DNA of 64,000 nucleotides from a virus (lineage: Duplodnaviria; Heunggongvirae; Uroviricota; Caudoviricetes). Under the pieces are notes generated by a model. It did no database searches. It saw nothing but the letters and a program-made list of their open reading frames with translations, and was not told the origin of the DNA. Shown here piece by piece: positions 9,436-22,899 of this stretch. Location of the stretch: positions 1-64,000 of IMG/VR virus record IMGVR_UViG_2718218131_000011; one strand, given 5' to 3'. Every line of letters begins with the position of its first letter. The stretch's first letter is position 1. The translations under genes were made by a program, and so were the position numbers.

Positions 9436-12400
9436 TTATGCGTATTGTTGGATGACGGCCAGAACGTCCGCCACGTTGTGTTTTGTCTCGATAATCCACC
9501 AGTTACCCGGGAAATCGCTGTTCTTCGCCTTCGCTGGCAGCCAGCGAGCGCCGAATTTCGCCTTGATTGCGTCTTTCGCACGGAAAAGAATGCCTTTCAT
9601 GCCGGAGGCTTCCTGAAGCCCAAATACCTCGCCAGCGGCGAATTTTGGTGCGTACATCATCTTCAGGTCGGCGGTGGATACGCGATAATTCAGACCAAGA
9701 GACTGAGCTATGCTGGTGGCATCACCCTGTATTGATGATAACTCTTCTTGTTTCTCGTTTCTGGCGGCAATTTCTTCCTCCGTGATGTTGCCAAGGGCCA
9801 GGTTTATCCGATCAGCGTCTGCCTGTTTCTCTTCATCGGTGCGACCGGCAAGTGCCGTGTTAATTCTCTGCAATATCTCCACATGATTCTTGCGCATGCT
9901 GAGCAATTCCGGCGTAACCTCGTTAAGGTCCACCAGCCCAAGAATGGCAAGGTCAGAAAACATTGATACCAGGTTGTAGGTCATGCGATAGCTGAGTTGA
10001 CCATAGGCTGATGGCAACTTCACCGCATCCATTTGATAGGCATCCATAAATTTAGAGCCGTCGTTTACGACATCCGCAATTGCAGGTGTGATTTTCCCTG
10101 TGGTGGCGGCCTCCCTGATTGCTGTTACCCACGATTGAGTCAGCGCGGCGACTGCATGATTCAGATTGGCTTCCCGTTCTGCTGCAATGCGCGCACTTGC
10201 TGCGTCCATTGCCTGCTTGATCTCGTCTTTATTGCTGTAAATGCCAATGGTGCCAAACTGTGCTGTGGTGATCTCATAATCTGACGCCCGGAACTCATTG
10301 GTACCGAAAATGGCATTGGTGACTTCAAGTTCAGAATCCCCGTTACGAGTAGCCCCCTGGCTTGTTTTTTCCGGCATTCTGGCGATCGCATCCGCTATTT
10401 TCTCCTGAATTGCTTCAGGGGATAGCGTATCTCCGTATGACGCGATTACATCGCCATAATTGGAGCCAAACAATTCAACCAGGAATGTTTCTGCCGAACG
10501 GATCTGGCGGTTATTCCCTTCCGACATCATACCAAGCACCCATTTTGCAATTGACGACTTCAGCGCGCCGTCACGGCGATCCGGGTAAATCGCATGCTTC
10601 AGTGGGTCCGTATAGGTACCAACAAAATCAATGCTATAGCCTGACTCTGTAGTCTGAACGCCGTATGAGTCAGTGATTTTGATCATGCCGCGCTGCTGGA
10701 AACGGTAGAAATCGTCACAGGAAATGATGTCGTTAATCCCGGCGATGGAGACGCCACCACTGATTTTCTGCATAACAGCATCTTCATCGGGAGTTACATC
10801 AACCTGTTTATCCAGCGTCTTCACATCCCAGTTACCCGATTTGGTGCCTTTGAAGGTAAAGATGATCTCCACGTCTGCGCGCTGGCTGTCGAAGTCCAGC
10901 GACTTAATGCGAAAGATATCACCGGCACAATCGTAGTATTGGCCTACACGCCATGAGCGATCGCCGATAACAAGGAACTCATTCGCATGGTTAACCAGAT
11001 CAGGATCAACATCCAGAATGCCTTTATTTATTGCATCCTCCACCAGCGGGCGCAGGCGTTTGATATCCGTCGCGGCCTTCTGAGTACGGTTCAATAATTT
11101 CTCATAGCGGGAGATGGCCTGAGAGATATTAGCCTTGCGCTGAATGGCGCTTTTCAACGACGCGCGATACTGTGCTAACAACATACGGTCTGTGTGATGG
11201 ACACTCCCCCAGCGGGCCTTCCAGTCTGCGTTATCCGCTGCCTTGGCCATTGCCGCCTGTTTGAATTTAGCTACCTCGGCGGTGGTCTTTTCAAGTTCCG
11301 CTTTGCTTCGCTCTAATTCAGCGGTAAGTACCTCCACATCCTCGCCAGCTGCGTGCTGCGCCTTGATGTAGTTCTGAAGGTCGATAGTAGCCTGTTCTTT
11401 CTGGCGAGCGCGTTTCGCAGCTTTCGCCTTATCCATTTGAACCTGCATCATTGCCAGACGTTCGCCGTCATCCTTCGCGGTATACATCTGCATTTCGATC
11501 ATGTCATTGGCGTCGGCGTTCTCCATTTCTGACTTATCTGAACGGAGGATATCGGAGATCCAGCCTGCTTTACGCTTCAGCGTCTTCAGTCGGTATTCAT
11601 CGAAAGACCCCTTGCCGCAGTAGTAGTGAACGCGAACGCTTGCACGGTTGGAACCAACTCGGGCACCGCGACCGTTACGCTGTGCGATACTGGCTGGTGT
11701 CCACGGCAACGTCAGGTGGTGGATATCCGTCGTTCCTCGATGCAGGTTGATACCCACCTCTGCCTTTTTGTTGCAGATGATGATCGGAGTCCGGCCCTCC
11801 TGGAAGTCGGCTGCAATCTTTTCCAGACCGCCCAACGACATTTCATTTTGCTGCGCGATATAGGCGTCATACAGAGCCATTTGCTCGTTGTATTTCGCTA
11901 TCTGTGCATCTGTTGGTTCATCCGGTAGCTCTTTCGGCGGTTTAACCGCTTTCAGTTTCTTACCGGTTTTACCTGCCTCGGCAACCGTCTGAGCATTCAG
12001 GATCCCCACCTTTGAAGGTTCAAGGTTTAGAGCATTGCAGATAATGCGCTTGAGCTTCTGGTGCTGCGTTTTTTCATCGGTGAAGATGATTTGCTTACCT
12101 TCCGGGAAAAACTCCTTCAGCGTGGCGATCAGCTTCGCGTATTTCGGCGTAACGGGGTGAGTTACGGTCTGTTCGTCAATGCCAAACCTGGCCAGGCGCT
12201 TATTCACTTCCTGCTCGAACGCTTCCGGAACCTGCAACTGAATAAACTCGCCCTTATCTATCAGGGAGTATTGCGATTGCTGCGTGATTGAATCATCACT
12301 GTCGTCGTCTTCGCTGGTGGCTTGTTTAGGCAAACTGTCCGCCAGCTGCTGCACCGCATCGGCGTACTCCGGCAGGAAACGATAGGTGATCCGGCGATAG

Positions 12401-15400
12401 TACAGGTCCATGTCAGTACATACGCGGTCCATATCCCTGATTATTGAGAAGATCGGACGGGCTTTCTCGTGCTCAATCACGCCGTCTTCATTGACCGAGG
12501 TCGTTACGCCATTGTTGGCTTTTGCCGCCGCTTCCGCCTGCTGACGCAATTCTTCATACGCCGCCAGTTGTTCTTCAGTAAGTGGTGCATCCTGCTGGTG
12601 TTCGTCCAGCTCCGGGATCTCCACGGTATCCTTAACGTCTTCCGCCGTTTTAAGCGTTACCCAGCGATGGAATATACCGCGCAGCGCATCAAGGTTTTCA
12701 AAGCCCACCAGCGCCATTTTTTCTTCAACTTCACCGCTGATTTTCTGTACCGTTTCCAGCCTGGTCTTGCCGAAGAATTTAACGAAGTCATCAGGACCGT
12801 AGATCCCCATGTTCTGCCAGTATTCCTTCGGCAGAACATGAGAAAGCATGTTGTATGCATCGATCGGGGTGTTAACGACTGGCGTTGCAGTCAGGAGAAC
12901 CGGCCCGCGCCCGCCATTCTTTTTCATCAGGTACGCGTTTTTAATTGCCATATCTCGCGCCGATTGCGCCACCGCGCTGGTGGGCAGATAGGCCAGTTGT
13001 GACGCTTCGCGACCATTTTTATAGCTATTGCGGTAGTTGTGACCTTCGTCAGCGATCACACTATCGAAGCCCATATCCTCAAAGTACGGATACTTCTCTG
13101 CTTTTTCGGTGCCGGTATCTGAATACTCCGACAATACCCGGCGACGCGCAGCCTCTTTGCGGTGGGAGTCGGAGTCCATTGCGCTGGCTACGCGCCCGGC
13201 GGCAACGAAGTCATAAAGCATATCCTGTGCATGCTCATCTACGGTGTCATCACGTAGCGGAATGCGGGCGTATTGTTCTTTGGTAAACACGACTGCACGG
13301 TAATTTGAGTGCGGGATCGCGTTCATCCGCGCCGTGATAGTGGCTTCATCTGCCAGCTTAAGAGCATCGCGCATAACTGGAGTGCCATCAGTACCAAGAA
13401 CAGGTTTACCGTTCTCATCGAGCACCGGCACCTGGCGAATCTGATCGCCATCCATCAGCACATCAAGACCGACGAACAGGTAGTTACTGAATGCCTCTTC
13501 ACTCAGGAACTCTTTTGCTTCGTAATACCAGTTTTCCAGCACTGCTTTAGGCACTACATAAGCAGTACGGGTGGAGCGACCGTTCTCATAGTTGAACGCC
13601 TCAAGCGCCAGCGCGGTCGTCGTTTTACCCAGCCCGGTGCCGAAGCCCAGGATGCCGCGCCCATCTTCGGACAGTCGGCGCACCTCGCTATTCTGGTAAT
13701 CAAATGGCTGGCGCTTACCGCTTAATCCCTTCAACCCAAGCGGATCGCCAGAGTGTTCATACGGGATATTGCTATTGAACACATCGTTGTATTTGGCAAC
13801 CAACTCATCGTAGCGATCGTGCGTCTTGATCCACTTATTGAACTGGTCCTCAAGCAGTGCCATCTGCTCGCGGTAGCCGTTCGCCGTCGCGCTATCTTTA
13901 CCACCGATACGCGCACCATTGAGATACTTTTCCAGCTGTGCCGGGAACCCGGTCGCGTTTTCACCTGATTTACGGTCCCACTCATAGCGGATCTCGCCTG
14001 TTTCTTTATCCTTGCGCTGGACGACACCGTATCGGTGCCCGACGAACAGACCATCACCACCGTGATAGGTGTCAGAAACCATTTCGTCGCCTTCCAGCTG
14101 CACTGACTGCACATAGCGCAGATCCGGATAGCCGTTTTCCTGCAAAAACTCCAGAATGACGGAGCGGTCGAACCAACGGCTATTGAGCTTAAAGCGGATA
14201 TTCTCTGCTGGCGTCTTGATGCGCTTCTCTTCGATCGCTGCCAGCTGATTAAGGACGTTGTTCTTTACTGGACCATCGGGGAGCGTGGCGAGAAATTCCT
14301 GTTTTGGAGCTACTATCTCGTTAATGTCGCCGCTGGTGGCGCGGGCGAACGGAACAATCCCGCCATACGGCGAAACCGCAATACCAGGGGTGCTGGCCAA
14401 TAAATTAAGCAACTCTTCATCACTGGCTGGCAGTTCGCCGGTAAACGCAAGGCGGAAATCATCGAGCTGGATTGGATCGCGGGTAAGATCGCTATAGAGA
14501 TAACGCAAGGTGTCCTGATAGCTGGTGGAGTCATAACTTGCGCTGGAATCATGCGTAACCAGATTTCCTGTCAGCTCGTCAGAAATAGTGCCATCCAGCT
14601 TAATTGCACCACGGAAAGCAAACCAAGCGCGCGCACCGCTTCCCGATAATTTAGCTATCGGACCGCGACCGGGGTTACCAAAACGGTCAATCTCTGCCTG
14701 CAAACGGGATACCAGAGAAAGGCGCTGCTGTTCGATTTGTTCAGCACTATGCCCGGCGGCCTTCATATCCTGATATTCAATTAACATCCGGCCAATCATC
14801 GCCCCGCGATACAAGCGTTCACGGTATTTTTCAGGCTGGCTGTTAATCCAGTCCACCAGTTGCACCATATCGTCGCTGATTGATGTGGTGTACTTATCGC
14901 GGACATTTGCCATCTGGGTAAATGTCATGCCGAGACGACCTTCTGTGGTAGTCAGGTTACGCTGAAGAGCCTCCCAGCTATCCGCGCCATAACTGGCAAC
15001 ATCAATCTTCAGCTCCTTCCCGGCATCAGCTTCAATCCAGCGACCACCAGCATATTTTTGCCATACGCCATTAATCAGGCGCATTTCCCCTTCATCAACA
15101 ACATCTGCGGTCGGTGACGGTTCAGCCATATCGAGCAAAGACCAGTCGATACGACTTTCGAAACGATGAATCAGCTTCGCTTTAAGAGCCTGGTTATCAA
15201 TCTGCCCGTCGGCACGAACCTCAATACGCCCCTGGAATCCCTTCTCCTGAGTGCCATGAACAAACCGGCGGCCGTCCTTTTCAAACCACTTGCCAGAAAT
15301 AAACGTTGGCCAAAGCACATTTGCCGATTCAAGAGTGCCTTCATCCACCAGGGGGATTTTCTCAGCCATCTCTGCCGGATGTTTACGCATCAGCACCACA

Positions 15401-16203
15401 TCAACGACCGTACTGGTCCCGTTTGCGTCAAAAGTACCGGTAGGCAAGCGGTGAGCGCCAAGAAATTCAGCTTTACGGGATAGGCGCAGGCGTAACCGCT
15501 TCATGTTTGAACCTGAAACAATGGACGGCGGCACAATCACGCACATGAATCCGCCAGGCTTTATCTTGTCCAACATGCGGAGCATGAAGTAAGACCCCAT
15601 GTCCGTTTCTTCTGCGTAAGGTTTATCGATGTTGCGTGTGTTATCACGACCACCGAACGGAACGTTACCCACCACATGGTCGAATGAATCGTTAGGCGTG
15701 CTTACAGCCAGTTGTTCGAACGGGGAAATCTGTACGCTGTCTTCCGGATGTAACAGCTGGTTTATACGACCGGAAACACTGCTGATCTCAGTCGCGGTCA
15801 TCACCGTGCCAACCGGTTTTGTCTCATTAAAAACGCCGGTGCCCGCCGATGGTTCCAGAGTGTTACCTACGTCCGCGCCGTAGAGCTTCATGATCTCCCA
15901 GACACCTTCAGCTATCGGCTTTGGTGTGTAATATTCGGAGACGGACCCGCCAATGCCGCCTTCACCGGTGTACCCAGCCAGGATCTGGCGCTGTTCATCT
16001 GTCAGTGTCGCGCCGTCCACCAGCGAATTAAGCAAATCTATCGCCTTCTGATTCGCCTCACGGCGCAGTCGGTCATAGCTTTTGCCTTCCACCTTTTCCA
16101 CGCCGTATTTAATCGGCGCTCGGTGAGATGTTATTGCCCTAATGTATTTCAATATTTCGCTGACACTTGAACAGCGAAACACCCCCATAGATAGCTTATT
16201 CAT
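9436..16203 (-). CDS. darB: DarB antirestriction protein (methyltransferase plus helicase domains)
   Basis: 2255-aa ORF, the size I recall for P1 DarB; NVPFGG methyltransferase-like motif and DEGH helicase motif (VIADEGHNYRNS) visible. Confidence 0.85.
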   Translation of the reverse strand: MNKLSMGVFRCSSVSEILKYIRAITSHRAPIKYGVEKVEGKSYDRLRREANQKAIDLLNSLVDGATLTDEQRQILAGYTGEGGIGGSVSEYYTPKPIAEGVWEIMKLYGADVGNTLEPSAGTGVFNETKPVGTVMTATEISSVSGRINQLLHPEDSVQISPFEQLAVSTPNDSFDHVVGNVPFGGRDNTRNIDKPYAEETDMGSYFMLRMLDKIKPGGFMCVIVPPSIVSGSNMKRLRLRLSRKAEFLGAHRLPTGTFDANGTSTVVDVVLMRKHPAEMAEKIPLVDEGTLESANVLWPTFISGKWFEKDGRRFVHGTQEKGFQGRIEVRADGQIDNQALKAKLIHRFESRIDWSLLDMAEPSPTADVVDEGEMRLINGVWQKYAGGRWIEADAGKELKIDVASYGADSWEALQRNLTTTEGRLGMTFTQMANVRDKYTTSISDDMVQLVDWINSQPEKYRERLYRGAMIGRMLIEYQDMKAAGHSAEQIEQQRLSLVSRLQAEIDRFGNPGRGPIAKLSGSGARAWFAFRGAIKLDGTISDELTGNLVTHDSSASYDSTSYQDTLRYLYSDLTRDPIQLDDFRLAFTGELPASDEELLNLLASTPGIAVSPYGGIVPFARATSGDINEIVAPKQEFLATLPDGPVKNNVLNQLAAIEEKRIKTPAENIRFKLNSRWFDRSVILEFLQENGYPDLRYVQSVQLEGDEMVSDTYHGGDGLFVGHRYGVVQRKDKETGEIRYEWDRKSGENATGFPAQLEKYLNGARIGGKDSATANGYREQMALLEDQFNKWIKTHDRYDELVAKYNDVFNSNIPYEHSGDPLGLKGLSGKRQPFDYQNSEVRRLSEDGRGILGFGTGLGKTTTALALEAFNYENGRSTRTAYVVPKAVLENWYYEAKEFLSEEAFSNYLFVGLDVLMDGDQIRQVPVLDENGKPVLGTDGTPVMRDALKLADEATITARMNAIPHSNYRAVVFTKEQYARIPLRDDTVDEHAQDMLYDFVAAGRVASAMDSDSHRKEAARRRVLSEYSDTGTEKAEKYPYFEDMGFDSVIADEGHNYRNSYKNGREASQLAYLPTSAVAQSARDMAIKNAYLMKKNGGRGPVLLTATPVVNTPIDAYNMLSHVLPKEYWQNMGIYGPDDFVKFFGKTRLETVQKISGEVEEKMALVGFENLDALRGIFHRWVTLKTAEDVKDTVEIPELDEHQQDAPLTEEQLAAYEELRQQAEAAAKANNGVTTSVNEDGVIEHEKARPIFSIIRDMDRVCTDMDLYYRRITYRFLPEYADAVQQLADSLPKQATSEDDDSDDSITQQSQYSLIDKGEFIQLQVPEAFEQEVNKRLARFGIDEQTVTHPVTPKYAKLIATLKEFFPEGKQIIFTDEKTQHQKLKRIICNALNLEPSKVGILNAQTVAEAGKTGKKLKAVKPPKELPDEPTDAQIAKYNEQMALYDAYIAQQNEMSLGGLEKIAADFQEGRTPIIICNKKAEVGINLHRGTTDIHHLTLPWTPASIAQRNGRGARVGSNRASVRVHYYCGKGSFDEYRLKTLKRKAGWISDILRSDKSEMENADANDMIEMQMYTAKDDGERLAMMQVQMDKAKAAKRARQKEQATIDLQNYIKAQHAAGEDVEVLTAELERSKAELEKTTAEVAKFKQAAMAKAADNADWKARWGSVHHTDRMLLAQYRASLKSAIQRKANISQAISRYEKLLNRTQKAATDIKRLRPLVEDAINKGILDVDPDLVNHANEFLVIGDRSWRVGQYYDCAGDIFRIKSLDFDSQRADVEIIFTFKGTKSGNWDVKTLDKQVDVTPDEDAVMQKISGGVSIAGINDIISCDDFYRFQQRGMIKITDSYGVQTTESGYSIDFVGTYTDPLKHAIYPDRRDGALKSSIAKWVLGMMSEGNNRQIRSAETFLVELFGSNYGDVIASYGDTLSPEAIQEKIADAIARMPEKTSQGATRNGDSELEVTNAIFGTNEFRASDYEITTAQFGTIGIYSNKDEIKQAMDAASARIAAEREANLNHAVAALTQSWVTAIREAATTGKITPAIADVVNDGSKFMDAYQMDAVKLPSAYGQLSYRMTYNLVSMFSDLAILGLVDLNEVTPELLSMRKNHVEILQRINTALAGRTDEEKQADADRINLALGNITEEEIAARNEKQEELSSIQGDATSIAQSLGLNYRVSTADLKMMYAPKFAAGEVFGLQEASGMKGILFRAKDAIKAKFGARWLPAKAKNSDFPGNWWIIETKHNVADVLAVIQQYA

Positions 16204-16270
16204 TGGTAATCCTTAACAAGTGACTAGTGTTAAATTTCCGTTCAAACACGATGCGAATTATTCTAATTAA

Positions 16271-19001
<2,731 letters not shown>

Positions 19002-19012
19002 CCACCAAAAAT

Positions 19013-19040
19013 AACCCCGGCGGCTGCCGGGGTTCTCGTT
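19013..19040 (+). terminator. Rho-independent terminator after the protease gene
   Basis: AACCCCGG-CGGCTG-CCGGGGTT hairpin followed by a T-rich tract. Confidence 0.5.
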
Positions 19041-19045
19041 AACTA

Positions 19046-19300
19046 TTATCGCCTTCGCCTGCGTGCCATATATTTGCGCACCGCGCGGCGTGGACAATCT
19101 GAAGCGGTTTCTTTCTGCTGCATCAATCTTGCAGCCATGCTCAAAAATGTCAGGCACAGCCGAAGCCCAGCATACAATAGCGGTTCCAGTGGCCACGTCT
19201 CATTGAGCACATATACCGCCATGAAAATCGAGTCGAAAACTATCGCCGCCAGCGATAACTTCATTGTCGAAAGTCGGCGGAGCTGCCGGAGTTTATTCAT
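19046..19300 (-). CDS. Small membrane protein downstream of lyz
   Basis: 84-aa ORF with two hydrophobic segments and a basic C-terminus, co-oriented with lyz. Confidence 0.35.
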   Translation of the reverse strand: MNKLRQLRRLSTMKLSLAAIVFDSIFMAVYVLNETWPLEPLLYAGLRLCLTFLSMAARLMQQKETASDCPRRAVRKYMARRRRR

Positions 19301-19850
19301 TGACCGGCCCCGTCAGGCAAAGCTGGCGTTCTTTTTCACGGCGAATCTTTAACCCGGGCAGGGGGACGCCGTTACTGTTCACAAAATCAGGGAGATGGTT
19401 ACACATATTCACCCATTCCCCTTTCTGCGCCCACTTGTGGATGGACGTTTCGACTCGCATGCCTCGCGCTTTGCTGTAGTAGGTCCGTAAACTATTGCAT
19501 CCCATATTGAATGCCGCGCTTGTCATTGCGCTGAAGGCATTATCGGGCATGTCTTTGCCCCGGAAGTGCTGATTAATGCAGCGTTCAGCGATCAGGATAT
19601 TCTTTTCCCAATCAGCGGCGATTTGCTGGTCGGTTTTTCGCACGCCTGGCGTTACCCCGTGTGTATTACCAATCCCGTCAGTCCATACACCCGCCGGGCA
19701 CATGTATGGGTCACGTCGGCAACCTTCAGCGTTTCCGATAAGCTCAAGCCCCGCCTGGTTGGTTCGCACATTGCCATTACCCATCACGATGGTAATCATC
19801 ACCGCGATAGCGCAAATTGCACCGCCTCCTGCGGCTGTTTTTCCCTTCAT
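19293..19850 (-). CDS. lyz: SAR endolysin Lyz
   Basis: 185 aa from MKGKTAAGGGAICAIAVMITIVMG (signal-anchor-release N-terminus) followed by a T4-lysozyme-like domain; size equals P1 Lyz. Confidence 0.85.
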   Translation of the reverse strand: MKGKTAAGGGAICAIAVMITIVMGNGNVRTNQAGLELIGNAEGCRRDPYMCPAGVWTDGIGNTHGVTPGVRKTDQQIAADWEKNILIAERCINQHFRGKDMPDNAFSAMTSAAFNMGCNSLRTYYSKARGMRVETSIHKWAQKGEWVNMCNHLPDFVNSNGVPLPGLKIRREKERQLCLTGPVNE

Positions 19851-20019
19851 AAAGACCTCATAAGCGAATTTTTTACGCTCCAGGACAAATACCCATTCAC
19901 AGTCAATACCGACTGACTCGATCCCTTTAGAAGGCACAGGATAATGCAAATCACTTGTTAGCTACGTTTCAAAGATATACATTATTGCTCTAATCATTTT
20001 ATTTTATTAGGTAAGATAA

Positions 20020-20508
20020 GTGGCACAACGCGGTGTAAACAAAGTCATCCTGATTGGTACCCTGGGGCAAGACCCGGAGATCAGGTATATACCAAATGGC
20101 GGCGCTGTCGGAAGACTCAGCATCGCAACGAATGAATCATGGCGCGACAAGCAAACGGGCCAACAGAAAGAGCAGACAGAATGGCATAAAGTCGTTTTGT
20201 TCGGAAAACTTGCTGAAATTGCGAGTGAGTATTTACGAAAAGGTTCTCAGGTCTACATCGAAGGGAAACTTAAAACCCGTAAGTGGACAGATGAGGCCGG
20301 TGTAGAACGCTACACGACGGAAATTATCGTCAGCCAGGGCGGCACCATGCAAATGATCGGCGCTCGCCGTGACGATTCACAGTCCTCAAATGGCTGGGGG
20401 CAATCAAACCAACCTCAAAACCACCAGCAATACAGTGGCGGCGGTAAACCTCAGAGCAACGCCAATAACGAACCTCCAATGGACTTTGAAGACGATATTC
20501 CATTTTGA
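20020..20508 (+). CDS. ssb: Single-stranded DNA-binding protein
   Basis: OB-fold N-terminus [20 protein letters not shown] and acidic C-terminal tail DFEDDIPF. Confidence 0.95.
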   Translation: MAQRGVNKVILIGTLGQDPEIRYIPNGGAVGRLSIATNESWRDKQTGQQKEQTEWHKVVLFGKLAEIASEYLRKGSQVYIEGKLKTRKWTDEAGVERYTTEIIVSQGGTMQMIGARRDDSQSSNGWGQSNQPQNHQQYSGGGKPQSNANNEPPMDFEDDIPF

Positions 20509-20741
20509 GAGGGCTGAAAGTTGCTCGATTACTTAAAAATAACTTTACCTAATTGGTGTAAAAAAATGGGCGCAACAAAGCGCCCCAACAATAGAGTTTC
20601 AAATTAATAAAAGGGTAATAAATAACATGAAGTTAAATTGAGAAGAGGCAATTTTATTGCCTCTTCAAAGGTGGCATGAGGGTGCCACCTATATGCGGGC
20701 AGTGACATCACTCCCTTCCCGCATATTCTTACCTACCAAAA

Positions 20742-21854
20742 TTAGAATTGGTAGGTCATACCAACAGCAACGATGTTGTCGGTTGCAACCTCAGATGCTT
20801 TGGTAAATTCACTTTCATCAATCAGGTTGATCTTGTAGTCAACGAAAGCGGACATATTTTTGTTGAAGTAATAAGTCGCGCCTACGTCGATGTATTCAAC
20901 TAGATCCTGGTTACCGAACGCACCAATATTTTCACCGCGAGAGTGCAGGTAAGCGATGGACGGACGCAGGCCGAAATCAAACTGGTATTGAGCAACAGCT
21001 TCAAAGTTTTTCGCTTTGTTTGCGATAAAGTCATCACCGAAGACTGTCATATTCTGAGTTTCAGAATAAGTTGCAGCCAGGTAAATGTTGTTTGCGTCAT
21101 ATTTCAGACCAGTAGCCCATACTTCAGCTGTTTTACCAGAAGCATTCAGAGAGCTTGCATTAGCATAGGATACCTGTCCATCAGTACGGTCAGATTTTGC
21201 ATAAGTTGCGCCAATGCCAAATCCTTCATAATCATAAGTAGCTGACAGACCGAAGCCATCACCATTAGATTCAACTACGTCGCGGCCTTTCCAGTTGTTC
21301 ACTTTTGCAGCACTATCATTTTTACCCTGATACTGCAAAGCAAAGTTCAGACCATCAACCAAGCCGAAGAAATCATTGTTACGATAGGTCGCGACGCCAG
21401 TAGCACGCTGGGTCATAAATACATCAGTCTGAGTCCAGGTATCTCCACCAAACTCCGGCAGCACGTCAGTCCAAGCGCCAACATCATACGCTACACCGTA
21501 GTTGCGACCATAGTCGAGCGAACCATAATCGCCAAAGCGAAGCCCTGCAAACGCAAGACGAGTTTTGTCTTTATCAGAACCTTCAGTTTCAGTACGGTTA
21601 CCTTTAAATTCGTACTCCCACTGACCAAAACCGGTTAACTGGTCATTAATCTGAGTTTCACCTTTGAAACCCATACGAGCATAAGTTTTATCCCCGTCAT
21701 CACTAGCTGAAGAAGAGAAGTAATGCTCTGCATTAACTTTGCCGTACAGATCCAGTTTGTTACCGTCTTTGTTATAGATTTCTGCCGCTTGTGCAGACAT
21801 TGCCATCAGGACTGATGCTGCAACCGCAGAAAGTGCCACTGTGATTTTTTTCAT
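20742..21854 (-). CDS. General bacterial porin, OmpC/NmpC/Lc type
   Basis: 370 aa with signal peptide [40 protein letters not shown] start of mature protein and C-terminal VAVGMTYQF. Confidence 0.9.
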   Translation of the reverse strand: MKKITVALSAVAASVLMAMSAQAAEIYNKDGNKLDLYGKVNAEHYFSSSASDDGDKTYARMGFKGETQINDQLTGFGQWEYEFKGNRTETEGSDKDKTRLAFAGLRFGDYGSLDYGRNYGVAYDVGAWTDVLPEFGGDTWTQTDVFMTQRATGVATYRNNDFFGLVDGLNFALQYQGKNDSAAKVNNWKGRDVVESNGDGFGLSATYDYEGFGIGATYAKSDRTDGQVSYANASSLNASGKTAEVWATGLKYDANNIYLAATYSETQNMTVFGDDFIANKAKNFEAVAQYQFDFGLRPSIAYLHSRGENIGAFGNQDLVEYIDVGATYYFNKNMSAFVDYKINLIDESEFTKASEVATDNIVAVGMTYQF

Positions 21855-22560
21855 TTTTTTGCCCTTTAGATTGAACTTTTCAGTAGAAAAGAGGTCACTG
21901 CGGACAAATGTTTATCTTTTTTGGATTCGTGTTTCAAGTTTTGCAAATAAAAATCAAGGTATTTTTGTGATCAAAATCACAAATAATAACCTTGAAAACC
22001 CAATGGACTATTAGAAAAATCTCAATTCACAGAATAAAAATTGACAAAATAGAACAAAACACAATCAACAATAAGCACAAAAGACAAACAATTAAATTAG
22101 CACAAAAATAATAACTGCAAAAATAGATAGCCTGTTAATTAATAGGGTTTTAATGGATGTGGATTTGAAATCTACTTAAAAAGTAGAGTCAAATTAATTA
22201 CTGTCGATTGGGTATTAAACTGAATCTATATTGTGAGAGTTAAAGACGATGTGTTTTAGTTATACATGTTATTCCCTAAAATGGAGTAGTCTCATCGAAT
22301 TCTGATTAATAACGAGCTAAGCCAATTCATTTTAGTATGTGTATATCTTTACCCTCTGAATATGCAATGACGAAGAGATATTAAACAATATGTAGCTTCA
22401 GGATTGACTCTGGAAGAATTAAAAGATCGGCTAAAGTGTTCAATATGTGGTGAGCGAAACGCAAAAATTAAAATTTTTTGATCTAACATATTAGGCAATA
22501 GCTTGCTTCCATAACCTAAAGCAAGCCACTACGCGTTTACTTTAAGTACACAATTAACAT
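21855..22560 (-). promoter_or_regulatory. AT-rich regulatory region upstream of the porin gene
   Basis: About 700 bp without ORFs, extremely AT-rich, with TTTGAAATCTAC-type elements resembling OmpR boxes of ompC. Confidence 0.35.
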
Positions 22561-22593
22561 ATCAGAACAGATTATTTGTGCACTATCAGGGAG

Positions 22594-22899
22594 TTAATAT
22601 ACGATCTGGTCTACATGATCCCCAAAATCATCGTCGTCCTCATCGCCACCCTCTACTGCTGGCCAATCGACAAACCAGCCAGCGTAAAGATGCAGCGTTC
22701 GGAGAACATCACTTGCGGGAGCATCAAGGGTGTTAACGAATCCCATATAGCTATTGGGATTTGCCCCAGCTATGGCTTCAGCGATCATGTCCTCGGTAAT
22801 GTCACCGGAGATAATGCTTAAACGCCCGGAAACTTCTTCATTATCATCAAATTCGATAATGGCATCTCCGCCTAATGGCGCTGCGATTTTAATCTGCAT
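22594..22899 (-). CDS. Acidic hypothetical protein at the distal end of the darA operon
   Basis: 101-aa ORF co-oriented with the ddrB-like gene; acidic C-terminus. Confidence 0.45.
   Translation of the reverse strand: MQIKIAAPLGGDAIIEFDDNEEVSGRLSIISGDITEDMIAEAIAGANPNSYMGFVNTLDAPASDVLRTLHLYAGWFVDWPAVEGGDEDDDDFGDHVDQIVY

Noticed and set aside
9436-16203. Many 60-180-aa plus-strand ORFs within darB
   Set aside because: All are embedded antisense in a 2255-aa gene with clear methyltransferase and helicase motifs.
22480-22530. Hairpin downstream of the 101-aa gene as the dar operon terminator
   Set aside because: Stem is present but not followed by a T-tract on the transcribed strand.
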